A stretch of 63,056 nt of DNA, filler included, from Anaerolineae bacterium (GCA_041082215.1; 15 parts of 15 records of this genome joined end to end with filler, not necessarily neighbours in it), one strand, 5' to 3'. Numbered from the whole stretch's first letter, positions 19,430-29,071 are shown. Made by a program: numbers and translations. The notes: generated from the letters alone by a model not told the origin.

Positions 19430-19705
19430 TCAGGAGCGAAGCCGGTTCCGGATTTCCTCAAACTCGGCGGTTGTGATTTCTCCTGCTGCCAGCCGTCGGC
19501 GGGCAATCTCCAGCGGGTCGGGCCCGGCGCTACCGGCGGGCGCATGGCCCAGCCGTCGGACCAGCCAGGCGATGCCGAGCCCCAGCAGGGCCAGGAAGCC
19601 CAGGAAGAGCAGCAGGTTCAGGATGAGGCCGACGATGCCCAGGGTGCTCCCCCAGGGCCCCCAGCCCCATCCGCCGTTCCACCAGATACCGCACATCGGA
19701 CACAT
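19430..19705 (-). CDS. SHOCT-domain membrane protein
   Basis: TM helix plus PLEIARRRLAAGEITTAEFEE. Confidence 0.8.
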   Translation of the reverse strand: MCPMCGIWWNGGWGWGPWGSTLGIVGLILNLLLFLGFLALLGLGIAWLVRRLGHAPAGSAGPDPLEIARRRLAAGEITTAEFEEIRNRLRS

Positions 19706-19820
19706 CGTTCACCTCCTTTTTTTATCTCCTTCACAGTTGACTGCTTGGATGATACCCCAATATCGGTTGCTCCGAAAGAGGCATCTGGCCTGATAAGCCT
19801 CCCGCTATTTGGCGGGTATT

Positions 19821-20414
19821 TCATCGCTGCACGTCGGCGGTGATCCGGACCTCCACCCAGGGCTGGGTCGGGTCGTTGGTGGCAAACCACACCAGCCGGG
19901 TGACCGGCCCCCTGACCGGATGGAAGTCGGCATCAAAAGTCACTGTCAGGTCGGCCCGATGGCCGGGCGGGATGACCGTACTGGAGAGTTCCGCCGTCGT
20001 GCAACTGCAGGAGGTCACCAAATTGGTGATGACCAGATCAGCCGTGCCGGTATTCTGGACGGCGAAGATGTGGGAGACGGTCCACCGGGCGTATATTCGG
20101 CCGAAGTCGTGCTCCCGCTCCGGCATATCCAGACGGGACACCGGCTGACCGACCGGGGCGGGCTGCGGAGCAGGCGGGCGCTCCGGGATCAGCGCCGGGT
20201 CATGGCCTCCCCGCAGCGGAGGACCGGCCTGGGTCAGAGGGAGCAGCGTCGCCGGATCACCGCTGCGGGATGGGGGTGGTGGGCTGGCAAAGGCCCCTGT
20301 CCGCCACAGATTCAGCAACACCAGCCCGAAGACCCCAATGACTCCGAGCACAACCCATGTCCACGACCGATTTCTGGACCGCTGGAGCCCCGAATTGCGT
20401 CTCTTTTTGGTCAT
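19821..20414 (-). CDS. DUF1573-domain membrane protein
   Basis: DFG...FAVQNTGTADLVI...TSCSCTTA...IPPG. Confidence 0.8.
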   Translation of the reverse strand: MTKKRRNSGLQRSRNRSWTWVVLGVIGVFGLVLLNLWRTGAFASPPPPSRSGDPATLLPLTQAGPPLRGGHDPALIPERPPAPQPAPVGQPVSRLDMPEREHDFGRIYARWTVSHIFAVQNTGTADLVITNLVTSCSCTTAELSSTVIPPGHRADLTVTFDADFHPVRGPVTRLVWFATNDPTQPWVEVRITADVQR

Positions 20415-20424
20415 ATTTTCCTCC

Positions 20425-21400
20425 TTACACGAACCAGATGAGAATCACCGCGCCGATGGCAATCATCGCCAGACCAGTAGCCAGGCGAATCCAGCGACGG
20501 CTGGATTGCTCCACCAGGCGGATGCGGTGCATCACCCGACGGTTGCCCACTCCGGCCAGGATGAGCAGCAGGGGCGACACAAACATCAGGTTATACAGCC
20601 CCAGGTAACCCACTCCCTGCCAGTAGGTGGTCCTGGCCGTCAGCAGGCCGACAATGGCGACGTAGATGCCGCCAGAGCAGGGAAAAGTGCAGAGCCCCAC
20701 CAGGAAACCGCCCACGGCCGCCGCCGGGAACGTCGCCCGCCGGAGCCAGTCCTGAATTGTCCCATGGGCAATGGTGGGAATCCGCAGATGGATGGGCAGT
20801 TGTGGGAAAAAGTAGTCTTTGAGGTTAATCAGCCCCAGGACGATGACCAGCCAGGAGCCGATGCGGGCCATGAGGTGATGCTCCCCGGCAAACGTCACCG
20901 CCTGCATCAGCCCCAGGCCGATGAGGAAGTACGCCAGGCATATGGCGGCAACGTAGATCAGGCCCATGGCCCAGATAGCGGAAGCCGTGCGGCGAATGGA
21001 GAAAAGGAAAGCAATAAAGAAGAGCAGGACGGCAAACGCGCACGGATTGAGGCCGTCCAGGAAACCGGAGGTCAGCACCAGTGGCAGGAGAGAACGGCGG
21101 CTATCCGGGGCAGCGGCGGCCTCCAGGTGTTCCGTGTGGGCCTGCAGATAGGCCAGGTACTCACCAACTGGCGTGTCTATCGGATAGGTCTGCGGTTTCC
21201 CACGGAATGCCCAGACCGTGTATTCCGTCGCTCCGCTCATCCGGTCCTGATAGACGACGACGCGCTCAAAGGCGTCGGGGGGCGCGGCCAGGAGGTCGGC
21301 GACGATATGCTCTGGAACGTGGCCCTCCAGGATGATGCGGTTGTTGATAAAGACGGTCAGGTGGGATTGGAGGTCAGGGGGCACGCCGAGTTCATCGCTG
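20425..21400 (-). CDS. CcdA/DsbD-like cytochrome c biogenesis membrane protein, 5'-truncated
   Basis: DGLNPCAF and FPCSGGIY transmembrane cysteines, YNLMFVSPL. Confidence 0.75.
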
Positions 21401-21500
21401 NNNNNNNNNNNNNNNNNNNNNNNNNNNNNNNNNNNNNNNNNNNNTTAATTAATTAANNNNNNNNNNNNNNNNNNNNNNNNNNNNNNNNNNNNNNNNNNNN

Positions 21501-21728
21501 TACTGAAAGTTGCGGCGACCCATGACTCGTTGCCGCGTGCATAGAGCTTGCAACCAGAGTCGATCCGCAGGGGATACTGAAAGACGTGAAGTGCTTCAGT
21601 AACCTTACCAGATGCCGGCCTTGCAACCAGAGTCGATCCGCAGGGATACTGAAAGGTATATCGTTTCAAGCGAACTTGACTTTCGACAAGTGTCTTGCAA
21701 CCAGAGTCGATCCGCAGGGGATTGAAAG
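21501..21728 (+). CRISPR. CRISPR array trailer end: 1 partial and 3 repeats, 3 spacers
   Basis: Repeat CTTGCAACCAGAGTCGATCCGCAGGGGATACTGAAAG (37 bp) at 21547-21583; variants at 21620-21655 and 21694-21728; partial at 21501-21509; unique spacers of 37, 36 and 38 bp. Confidence 0.93.
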
Positions 21729-22153
21729 TGGCCGGCCGGCACACTCTGGAGGTAGCGGTTCGGGTGAGCGTGACCGGCCACCTGCCCGACGGTCTGATCC
21801 TGTGGCGTGTGTGACCCCCCGCGGGGGCGGTGCTGCGGGTATCAGGGAACGCCTTCACAGCCAGCCTGGATCTGTTCCTGGTTTCCAGGGAGAACCTCCT
21901 TCTCGCGGCGGTAGGGGTGCCATCCTGTGCGGGCAGCTGCGCGGTACGGAACGATACGGTGTGGGTAGCGGCATAAGCAGGTGGGGACACAGCGGGGTAG
22001 CAGCAGTCCGCCTATCCTTCTGGAAAACGTCACTCCGACGCGGGGGTGACGGCCTGGCCCACGCTGGCTCCCAGTCCCACGCCCACCCGGTGAGGCCCGG
22101 GTGGTGGGTGATCGATCAAGATGTGGTTGAAGAGAGAAAAAGAGGAGGAAGCG

Positions 22154-23741
22154 ATGGAAGAGCGGAAGCAGATGCCACGCTTTGAGCGGAGGGTTCCCTG
22201 GTGGGCTCGCCTTTCGGTGATGATCGCGGCGGGGGCCCTTTTTCTGGTGATCGCCGCGGTGCTGGTAGGGCTGAGCCTGGGGGGCAAGTGGAGCAAGCGG
22301 GCGGTTTCCGTGCAGGTGAACTCGCTGGATCCGGCCCGGGGTGTGCAGGTGGAGGTTGTGCCGGCGGAGGGGGGATCCCCTGCGGGGGGAGACGCCCTGG
22401 CAGGTGGAGCTGGCGCCGGGGGAATACCGCTACACAGCGGCGGCGCCGGGGTACCGGTCCGTTTCCGGGAGCATCACCGTTCCGCGGGGTGTTTCCACGC
22501 TGGAGGTGCGGGTGCCCGCCCTGGAGCGTGAGGAGGGGCGGATTCTGGTACGTTCCACGGCTGCGGTGACGGTGACGGTCGATGGGGTGGTGGCTGGTCG
22601 GGCCGGTCTGGACCCCTCTTCGTGGGCCTCTTTTGGTCCCTATGCGGTGGGGTCTCATGTGGTAGGGGCCTCGTGTGCGCTGGGGGTTCAGGAGAAGGCG
22701 GTGGAGCTGGTTTCCGATGGGCAGGAGGCCAGGGTGGAGTTTGAGTGGGGGAGCCGGCTGGTGGTGGTGGTGTCGCCGACCGGCATTCCCTCGCTGACGC
22801 TGATGGTGGATGGTCAGGCGTACACCTCCCCGGTGGACTATTCTGCGGAGGAGGTGCGCAGCGGGCGCCGGGTGCGGGTGGAGGCCTCTGCGCCGGGGTA
22901 TGTTTCCTGGAGCGAGGAGGTTGCGCTGCGGCGGGGGAGGTGGTGACCGTTACGGTAGAGCTTCCGACCGTGGAGGAGAAGATCCTGGCCGACTACCGGA
23001 ACTTCTGGCAGGTGTGGACGGAAGCGGGGAAGCGGATGGATGTGAGCCTGCTGGAGCAGGTGATGAGCGGGTTCTGGCTGGAGCAGTTCCAGGTGGTGAT
23101 GCCCACCGAGCCCGAGCATGGGATCGTCTCCGACTATTTCCATACCGTCCCGCATGAACCGAAGGAGGTGCGGTGGGAGGGGACGGAAGCGGAGGTGGTG
23201 GTTTCCGAGCTGTTTGTGACGCAGACGACGGTGTTTCAGGACGGCAGGTTGGAGGAGACGCGCTACCTGGTGGACGGCAGCTTTCTGATGGCGTGTGGTG
23301 CGGATGGGAACTGGCGGGTGCACGATTTCGAGGGGTACTGGGAGGAATGGGTTCCCCCGGCCCCGGGTGGAGGTGGCGGGGGAGGGGGAGGTGGAGGTGG
23401 GGTGAAGCCGGCCGACCCGAATCTGGTGATCCAGATCCTGCTGGAGAACATCAACTGTCGGCGGGCGGAGGCCGGTCTTCCCCCGGTGGTGTACGATCCG
23501 GAGCTGGCGCCGATCCTGCAGCCCCTGGTGGACAGGGCCACGGAGAACAAGCATGCGCAGGGGTGGATTGGGCCGTACTCTCCGGATGCTTTTGAGGTGA
23601 ATGCGGTGCTTGCCCCCTACGGGGCACAGGTGCTGATGGAGGATGTGATGGTGCTGAGTTTCATGCCCTCTGCGGCGGCCACGGGCGATTTTGCCTACGA
23701 CTGGGAGAACTACGATGGTGATCCCAATCCGCCCTGTGCGG
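22154..23741 (+). pseudogene. Membrane-anchored PEGA-like/NTF2-like/CAP-like protein with two frameshifts, 3'-truncated
   Basis: Coding sense moves between ORFs 22121, 22341 and 22745 at G-runs near 22370 and 22935; likely homopolymer errors or decay. Confidence 0.55.
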
Positions 23742-23842
23742 NNNNNNNNNNNNNNNNNNNNNNNNNNNNNNNNNNNNNNNNNNNNTTAATTAATTAANNN
23801 NNNNNNNNNNNNNNNNNNNNNNNNNNNNNNNNNNNNNNNNNA

Positions 23843-24664
23843 CAACTTCGACCCCAGGGCCAGGTCGGGCCGCTCCGACCCCAGACATCGGCCCAGCCGC
23901 AGCTTCAGCGGCTTCAGTCTCCAGCCCAGCCCCCCCGGCCTCAGACCCCGCCCCGGTGGGCGCAGCGAGAATACCAGCACGGTGACGAGCTGCTCCCCAG
24001 CTATCCCTTCATCCAGTGGGTCAACCGGGGTGATATGCTGGAGCCGCGCCAGGCGCGAGGTGGCTTTGCCTGCCCGCTGAGCCAGAAACTGCCCATCCCC
24101 GACAGCATCTATGCCGTGCTCCATCACCCCGAAGGCAACACGACCGACGTGTACTACACCGACCACCTGACCGTCGCGGTGCTGCGGACGCGGGACGCTT
24201 GGGTGGATCCCAAGACGCGCATGCGCTTGCCGGGCTATATGCCCGATGCGCGCAAAAAGCTCCAGGTCCTGTGCTACCTCAAGACCGATGAGGGCGCCCA
24301 CGGCCTGATCATGCTGACCTTCATCGGCTTGGCCGGTAGCCGTTTCAAGGCCGCTCGCCAGGACTTTATCAACGCCGTCCGCAAGGCCACGAACGGCAAA
24401 GCCCCGGGCTATGCCTTCTGGATGACCGTCCTCGCCAGCGATCCCGAACTTGTCGGCAAGGGCAACAACAAGTCGCCTATCACTCCGGTAACGTGGGATG
24501 GTGACTTCGACCCCGACCGGGACTACATCGGCGACGAGGCCCTGGACGGCATTGACTGGGCAGAGGTAGAACGCTGGGCCAATGCCTGGAAGACCCCCGG
24601 CCCCAACGGGGAAGGGGAGGTAGAAACCGGGCCAGAGCCGGAAGAGGAAGAGATCCCCTTCTAG
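23843..24664 (+). CDS. Hypothetical mobile-element protein with an SSB-like acidic tail, 5'-truncated
   Basis: Frame open from the contig start (P/Q-rich, then YPFIQWVNRG...GGFA); ends EPEEEEIPF. Confidence 0.65.
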   Translation, partial: QLRPQGQVGPLRPQTSAQPQLQRLQSPAQPPRPQTPPRWAQREYQHGDELLPSYPFIQWVNRGDMLEPRQARGGFACPLSQKLPIPDSIYAVLHHPEGNTTDVYYTDHLTVAVLRTRDAWVDPKTRMRLPGYMPDARKKLQVLCYLKTDEGAHGLIMLTFIGLAGSRFKAARQDFINAVRKATNGKAPGYAFWMTVLASDPELVGKGNNKSPITPVTWDGDFDPDRDYIGDEALDGIDWAEVERWANAWKTPGPNGEGEVETGPEPEEEEIPF

Positions 24665-24677
24665 CCAGACCACAGTT

Positions 24678-24716
24678 GAGGAGGCAGGGGTGCAGATCAC
24701 TGCACCCCTCCTCCTC
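24678..24716. other. 17-bp stem-loop
   Basis: GAGGAGG(c)AGGGGTGCAG-atca-CTGCACCCCTCCTCCTC, no U-tract. Confidence 0.6.
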
Positions 24717-24748
24717 CTGACAAGGATGCTGAAGAAATACAAGCAGAC

Positions 24749-24825
24749 ATACCCCCGACAGGGGGGACAAAACGCCCCCCATCGGGGGTATTTTTGTCCT
24801 CCCTGCCTTCAGGAGGACGGAAATG
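24749..24825 (+). promoter_or_regulatory. Putative two-state translational switch upstream of radC
   Basis: Hairpin 24749-24791 plus anti-SD 24792-24802 pairing with SD 24812-24822, versus alternative helix 24759-24772/24792-24805. Confidence 0.55.
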
Positions 24826-25536
24826 AAACCCAGACAACTCTCATACCTCGACCTTGAAGAACCCCTCCTCCATCGCCTCCCCCTCCGGGAGCAGCCGGTC
24901 CAGCGGATCGAGCGGCTGGGCGAGTGTGCCGTGGCAACAACGGAGGTCCTGGCCGTTCTTATCGGAGGGCGACGCCAGATGGAGACTTCCGTGAAGCTGC
25001 TGGAGACTTTTGGCAGTCTCCCGGCCCTTGCCCGGGCCAGCTTCCACGAACTGCAAGAGGCCGGGCTGGGCAAGGTTGCTGTTGCCCGGTTGAAAGCGGG
25101 ACTGGAGCTGGGCCGGCGACTGAGCCAGTACCAGAAGGACGATAAACCCCAGATCACCACTCCCGCTGACGTGTGGGACCTGCTCTGGGCAGAGATGGGG
25201 ATGACTCTGCCAGAGCAGGAACAGTTGTGGATCATCCTCCTCAACACCCGGAACCGGGTGATTGGCCTCCAAATGCTCTATCAAGGGAGCCTTAACCAAT
25301 CCCAGGTCCGGGTGGGGGAGGTCTTCCGCGAGGCGGTACGGCGCAACTGCGCTGCAATCGTTGTCGCCCACACCCATCCGTCCGGCGATCCTTCCCCCAG
25401 CCCGGAGGATGTGGCGGTGACACGGGACCTGGTGGCAGCAGGAAAGCTCCTGGGAATCGAGGTGCTGGACCACCTGATTATCGGCCAGGGACGATGGGTA
25501 AGCCTGCGGGAGCGGGGATTGGGGTTCGCAACCTGA
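24823..25536 (+). CDS. radC: RadC-family JAB-domain protein
   Basis: PVQRIERLG..EVLAVLI, EQL..ILLNTRN, HTHPSGDPSPSPED, VLDHLIIG. Confidence 0.92.
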   Translation: MKPRQLSYLDLEEPLLHRLPLREQPVQRIERLGECAVATTEVLAVLIGGRRQMETSVKLLETFGSLPALARASFHELQEAGLGKVAVARLKAGLELGRRLSQYQKDDKPQITTPADVWDLLWAEMGMTLPEQEQLWIILLNTRNRVIGLQMLYQGSLNQSQVRVGEVFREAVRRNCAAIVVAHTHPSGDPSPSPEDVAVTRDLVAAGKLLGIEVLDHLIIGQGRWVSLRERGLGFAT

Positions 25537-25741
25537 TAGACAGAAANNNNNNNNNNNNNNNNNNNNNNNNNNNNNNNNNNNNNNNNNNNNTTAATTAATT
25601 AANNNNNNNNNNNNNNNNNNNNNNNNNNNNNNNNNNNNNNNNNNNNCTCGCTCACGACAAAACATCGGCGCTACTGCGCAGGCAAACCGCCTGGTTGCGT
25701 CTGTCAAAGAACCGGATCAGAATACCTGACACCCGCACATT

Positions 25742-25770
25742 ATTGTAACAGAAGACGGTCGCTTTGTCAA
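25742..25770 (-). promoter_or_regulatory. Sigma70-type promoter pointing away from the IS
   Basis: Minus strand TTGACA-17 bp-TACAAT. Confidence 0.6.
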
Positions 25771-25775
25771 GACCC

Positions 25776-27210
25776 CGCATTCACTCATGTAAAATGTTAC
25801 CGAGATGGTATCATTCCCTCAAATGATAATGTTACCGAGGGAACGATGTCCATCGAAGAGAAGATGTCCATTGATGAACGACGGAAGTACCTGCGCATGA
25901 TGCAGAAGCGCTATCTTGGGGCCAATCGCCGGGAACGAGGTCGGCTCCTGGACGAGATGGAAGCGGTGACCGAACTGCACCGCAAGAGTCTCATTCGGTT
26001 GATGCACCACGATTTGGAACGCCGTCCCCGCCGTCGGCAGCGAGGTCGGAGCTACGGGCCGGAGGTGGACGATGCGCTGCGGGTCATCGCCGAGAGCAGC
26101 GACTTTATCTGCGCCGAGCGGTTGACCCCCAACTTGCCTTGGCTGGCCCGGCACCTGGCGGCCCACGGCGAACTGGAGGCCTCTCCTGGGTTGCTGGAAC
26201 AACTGGAACGGATCAGTGTATCCACTGTGAGGCGGATCCTGACCCGCATCCGGCAAGATGAACCCCGCCTGAGGCGTCGCCGGCCCCGTCCGGCTCACCC
26301 CCTCATCCGTCAGGTGCCGATGAAGCGTATCTCCTGGCAAGAGCAAGAAGTGGGCCATTTCGAGACCGATCTGGTCCACCACGGGGGACCGAGTGCCTCC
26401 GGGGAGTATGTCTGTACCATCCAGATGGTCGATGTCGCTACCGGCTGGAGCGAACGGGTGGCCGTGTTGGGCCGAAGTTATCTGGTCATGGCTGATGGAT
26501 TCCAGCGCATTCTGGCCCGTCTCCCCTTCCCTGTCCGTGAGATCCACCCCGACAACGGCAGTGAGTTCTTCAATCATCACCTGCTGCGCTTCTGGAACAG
26601 CCTCGAGCCGAAGGTGCTCATCTCCCGCAGCCGACCATACCACAAGAACGACAACCGCTTTGTCGAACAGAAGAACTCTACCCTGGTCCGCGCCTACCTG
26701 GGCTATGACCGCTACGATACCGTCGCCCAGACATTGGCTATCAACCTCCTCTACGACAAGATGTGGCTCTACTACAACCTCTTCCAGCCGGTGATGCACC
26801 TGTCCGACAAGAGCTGGGGGCAGCCCGAAGGTCATCCTGCGCACCTGAAGCGTCGCTACGACCGGGCCCGCACCCCCTTCGACCGTCTGTGCGACAGCGA
26901 GGCCATCTCTCCCGCCCAACGGCAACGACTGGAGGCCCTGCGGAACCAGACCAACCCTCGCCAACTGCGGCGGGAGATCTACGACTTGATCGACTATATC
27001 TCCTCCCTGCCCGGCGCTGCCCCTGGGACGACCGAGGATGTCCGACTCACCTTGATGTCTGCCGCCAGCTCGCTCGATAGCGATGACCACCTGCCATCTC
27101 CGGTGGTCGTCCCTTCACGCAAAACGGAAGAAAGGAGAACGACACGTCCGGTAACATTATCATTTGACTGAACAACTCCTCTCGGTAACATTATCATTTG
27201 ATTTGACACG
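25776..27210 (+). mobile_element. Insertion sequence with DDE (rve) transposase and doubled subterminal inverted repeats
   Basis: Left tcatgtaaaatgttaccgag and tcaaatgataatgttaccgag; right cggtaacattatcatttga twice (27149, 27183); exact tips uncertain. Confidence 0.75.
25846..27171 (+). CDS. Integrase-core (rve) DDE transposase
   Basis: ETDLVHHGG, DVATGW, HPDNGSEF, RSRPYHKNDNRFVEQKN. Confidence 0.9.
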   Translation: MSIEEKMSIDERRKYLRMMQKRYLGANRRERGRLLDEMEAVTELHRKSLIRLMHHDLERRPRRRQRGRSYGPEVDDALRVIAESSDFICAERLTPNLPWLARHLAAHGELEASPGLLEQLERISVSTVRRILTRIRQDEPRLRRRRPRPAHPLIRQVPMKRISWQEQEVGHFETDLVHHGGPSASGEYVCTIQMVDVATGWSERVAVLGRSYLVMADGFQRILARLPFPVREIHPDNGSEFFNHHLLRFWNSLEPKVLISRSRPYHKNDNRFVEQKNSTLVRAYLGYDRYDTVAQTLAINLLYDKMWLYYNLFQPVMHLSDKSWGQPEGHPAHLKRRYDRARTPFDRLCDSEAISPAQRQRLEALRNQTNPRQLRREIYDLIDYISSLPGAAPGTTEDVRLTLMSAASSLDSDDHLPSPVVVPSRKTEERRTTRPVTLSFD

Positions 27211-27288
27211 GCAGTTTGCCCTCTTGAAGGGCTGTGTGCGACACGCAAGACTAGGCGCGCCTGCCGTAGCAAGCCCCTCGCTGACGGA

Positions 27289-27532
27289 TCATCCGCCCCA
27301 GAACATGACCACCATCGCCCCCAGGACCAGGAAAGGACCGTACGGAATCGCGGTAAAGAGGGAATAGCGTCGCAGAATGACCGCCCGCACCAACCAATAG
27401 ATCGAACCGAACAGACCCCCTGTCAGAACGGTAATAAACAGCGCCGTCAACACTGCCGGGAATCCCAGGATCAGGCCGATAAATCCTCCCAGCCGGACAT
27501 CCCCAAAGCCAAACGCCACTGCATGGAGCGGC
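27289..27532 (-). CDS. Prepilin peptidase (A24), C-terminal fragment
   Basis: GFGDVRLGGFIG ... IPYGPFL. Confidence 0.8.
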
Positions 27533-27888
27533 NNNNNNNNNNNNNNNNNNNNNNNNNNNNNNNNNNNNNNNNNNNNTTAATTAATTAANNNNNNNNNNNN
27601 NNNNNNNNNNNNNNNNNNNNNNNNNNNNNNNNCATCCAGGCTCTGTTTGACAACAACCGCATTTATTCTGGTTTTTGACCCCCATTCTCACTGCCGGCGT
27701 TATTGCCGGAACGAGAGGCCCCACACCGTGACGCCTCACGTATGACCTGTGACGTAATGGGGCAACGTGATGACAAATCCCAATCCCAGGGAGGTGATGC
27801 TATTACAACTGAACAAAGCCGTGTCCCCGGGCTGACGGGGACGACCGCCGGGCGTAACCCGGCCCAGACACTATAGAGAGAGGTGAAA

Positions 27889-28971
27889 ATGACAGACATG
27901 CAACTGCTCTACGAGGACTACCGGGCAGAAGAACTCCAGTGGCTGCCCACGGCCCTGGAGCGGCTGGGGACCATCATCTGCAACCCCAGCAACCCTATCC
28001 CCGGCCTTCCCTGCCTTCCAGGGGGCCCAATAGACCGGGAATGGGCAAACAACCGACTCCTGGTCAAAACCCCCTGGGGACTTGCAGAACCGTTGTGGGG
28101 AGCCGATACGGATGGCCTCTGGCCCTTCGCTCCCCTCTACCGCCTGGTCATTCCTGACAACACCCCCCTGCCAGAACCGCAAATCCCCCAGACCGGCTAT
28201 GCCGTCTGGGACACCGTTACCGGCCTGGTGACCCTCCACGCCGACGACGGAGGCGAACCGGTGCATCTCCGTCCGACCCTGGACGAAGCGCGAAACGGGT
28301 CACAGATAATGGACTGCATCCGCGCGGACCTGGCCCGGCAGGGAATCCCCATCTTCCCGACCAGGCTTTATCGGCGCGACTCCCTTCCCTATCCCTGGGA
28401 AAATGTGTTCAAGACGGCGCGGGTCAACAACCGGGAGGTGAGCGTCCCCCTGGTCGGCTATGCCCTGGATAGGGGGGAAGTAGTCTACCTCCACATCGTG
28501 GGCAACAAGTCGGCCATCCGCTCCATCTGGGCCACGCTGCACCAGGGAGGCGGCAGGAAGCCGGTCTACATCGAAGGCGAAAGTTTCCTGACCGGCGTCC
28601 CGACCGGCAACTATGTCTCTTACTCCACCCCCGTCCTGGCCGACACCGGGGACTACCGGATGGTCATCCTCGACCGCCGGGCCATCAACGCCGGGGGCGA
28701 GGATGTCGCATACCTGGTGGTCCCCGGGACTCACCTGAAACAGACAGATGACCTGCTGGCCGCATTCGCCCACCGCCTGGACAGCGTGCTCCCTATCCCG
28801 GTGCTCCCGGAGTGGGGAGCAGTGCTGTACCGGAAAGGAGTCGAGCAAAGGCTGATCCGCCATCTGACTTATGGCGGAGATATAGCCGCCGGCCATGCCA
28901 TCGTCAACGACCCGCGATGGATCGAACTGGTGCAGAGCCTGATCCAGTCCGGGGAGATCGAAACCATCTAG
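27889..28971 (+). CDS. Hypothetical mobile-element protein
   Basis: Long ORF with SD GAGGTG; 'YLHIVGNKSAIRSIWATL', 'LPIPVLPEWGAVLY'; precedes the DUF6094-like gene. Confidence 0.7.
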   Translation: MTDMQLLYEDYRAEELQWLPTALERLGTIICNPSNPIPGLPCLPGGPIDREWANNRLLVKTPWGLAEPLWGADTDGLWPFAPLYRLVIPDNTPLPEPQIPQTGYAVWDTVTGLVTLHADDGGEPVHLRPTLDEARNGSQIMDCIRADLARQGIPIFPTRLYRRDSLPYPWENVFKTARVNNREVSVPLVGYALDRGEVVYLHIVGNKSAIRSIWATLHQGGGRKPVYIEGESFLTGVPTGNYVSYSTPVLADTGDYRMVILDRRAINAGGEDVAYLVVPGTHLKQTDDLLAAFAHRLDSVLPIPVLPEWGAVLYRKGVEQRLIRHLTYGGDIAAGHAIVNDPRWIELVQSLIQSGEIETI

Positions 28972-28987
28972 ACAACTCTCAGAAACA

Positions 28988-29071
28988 CCCCGGTGGGGGT
29001 ACGTCTGCTGCCCCCGCCGGGGGCGCATTCTGTACCTCCGCCGGGCCAGACACAGGAGGTACAGAATGCGT
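28988..29071 (+). promoter_or_regulatory. Putative two-state translational switch upstream of the DUF6094-like gene
   Basis: Hairpin 28988-29022 plus perfect 16-bp CGCATTCTGTACCTCC/GGAGGTACAGAATGCG covering SD and ATG, versus alternative helix 28989-29002/29032-29045. Confidence 0.6.

Noticed and set aside
21510..21693. Self-targeting of spacers within the window
   Set aside because: No match noticed by eye; a BLAST search is needed to exclude it
21445..22185. ORFs crossing the CRISPR array, and spacers reading as coding on the minus strand
   Set aside because: Short stop-free frames are expected by chance; not evidence of a gene or of type III targeting
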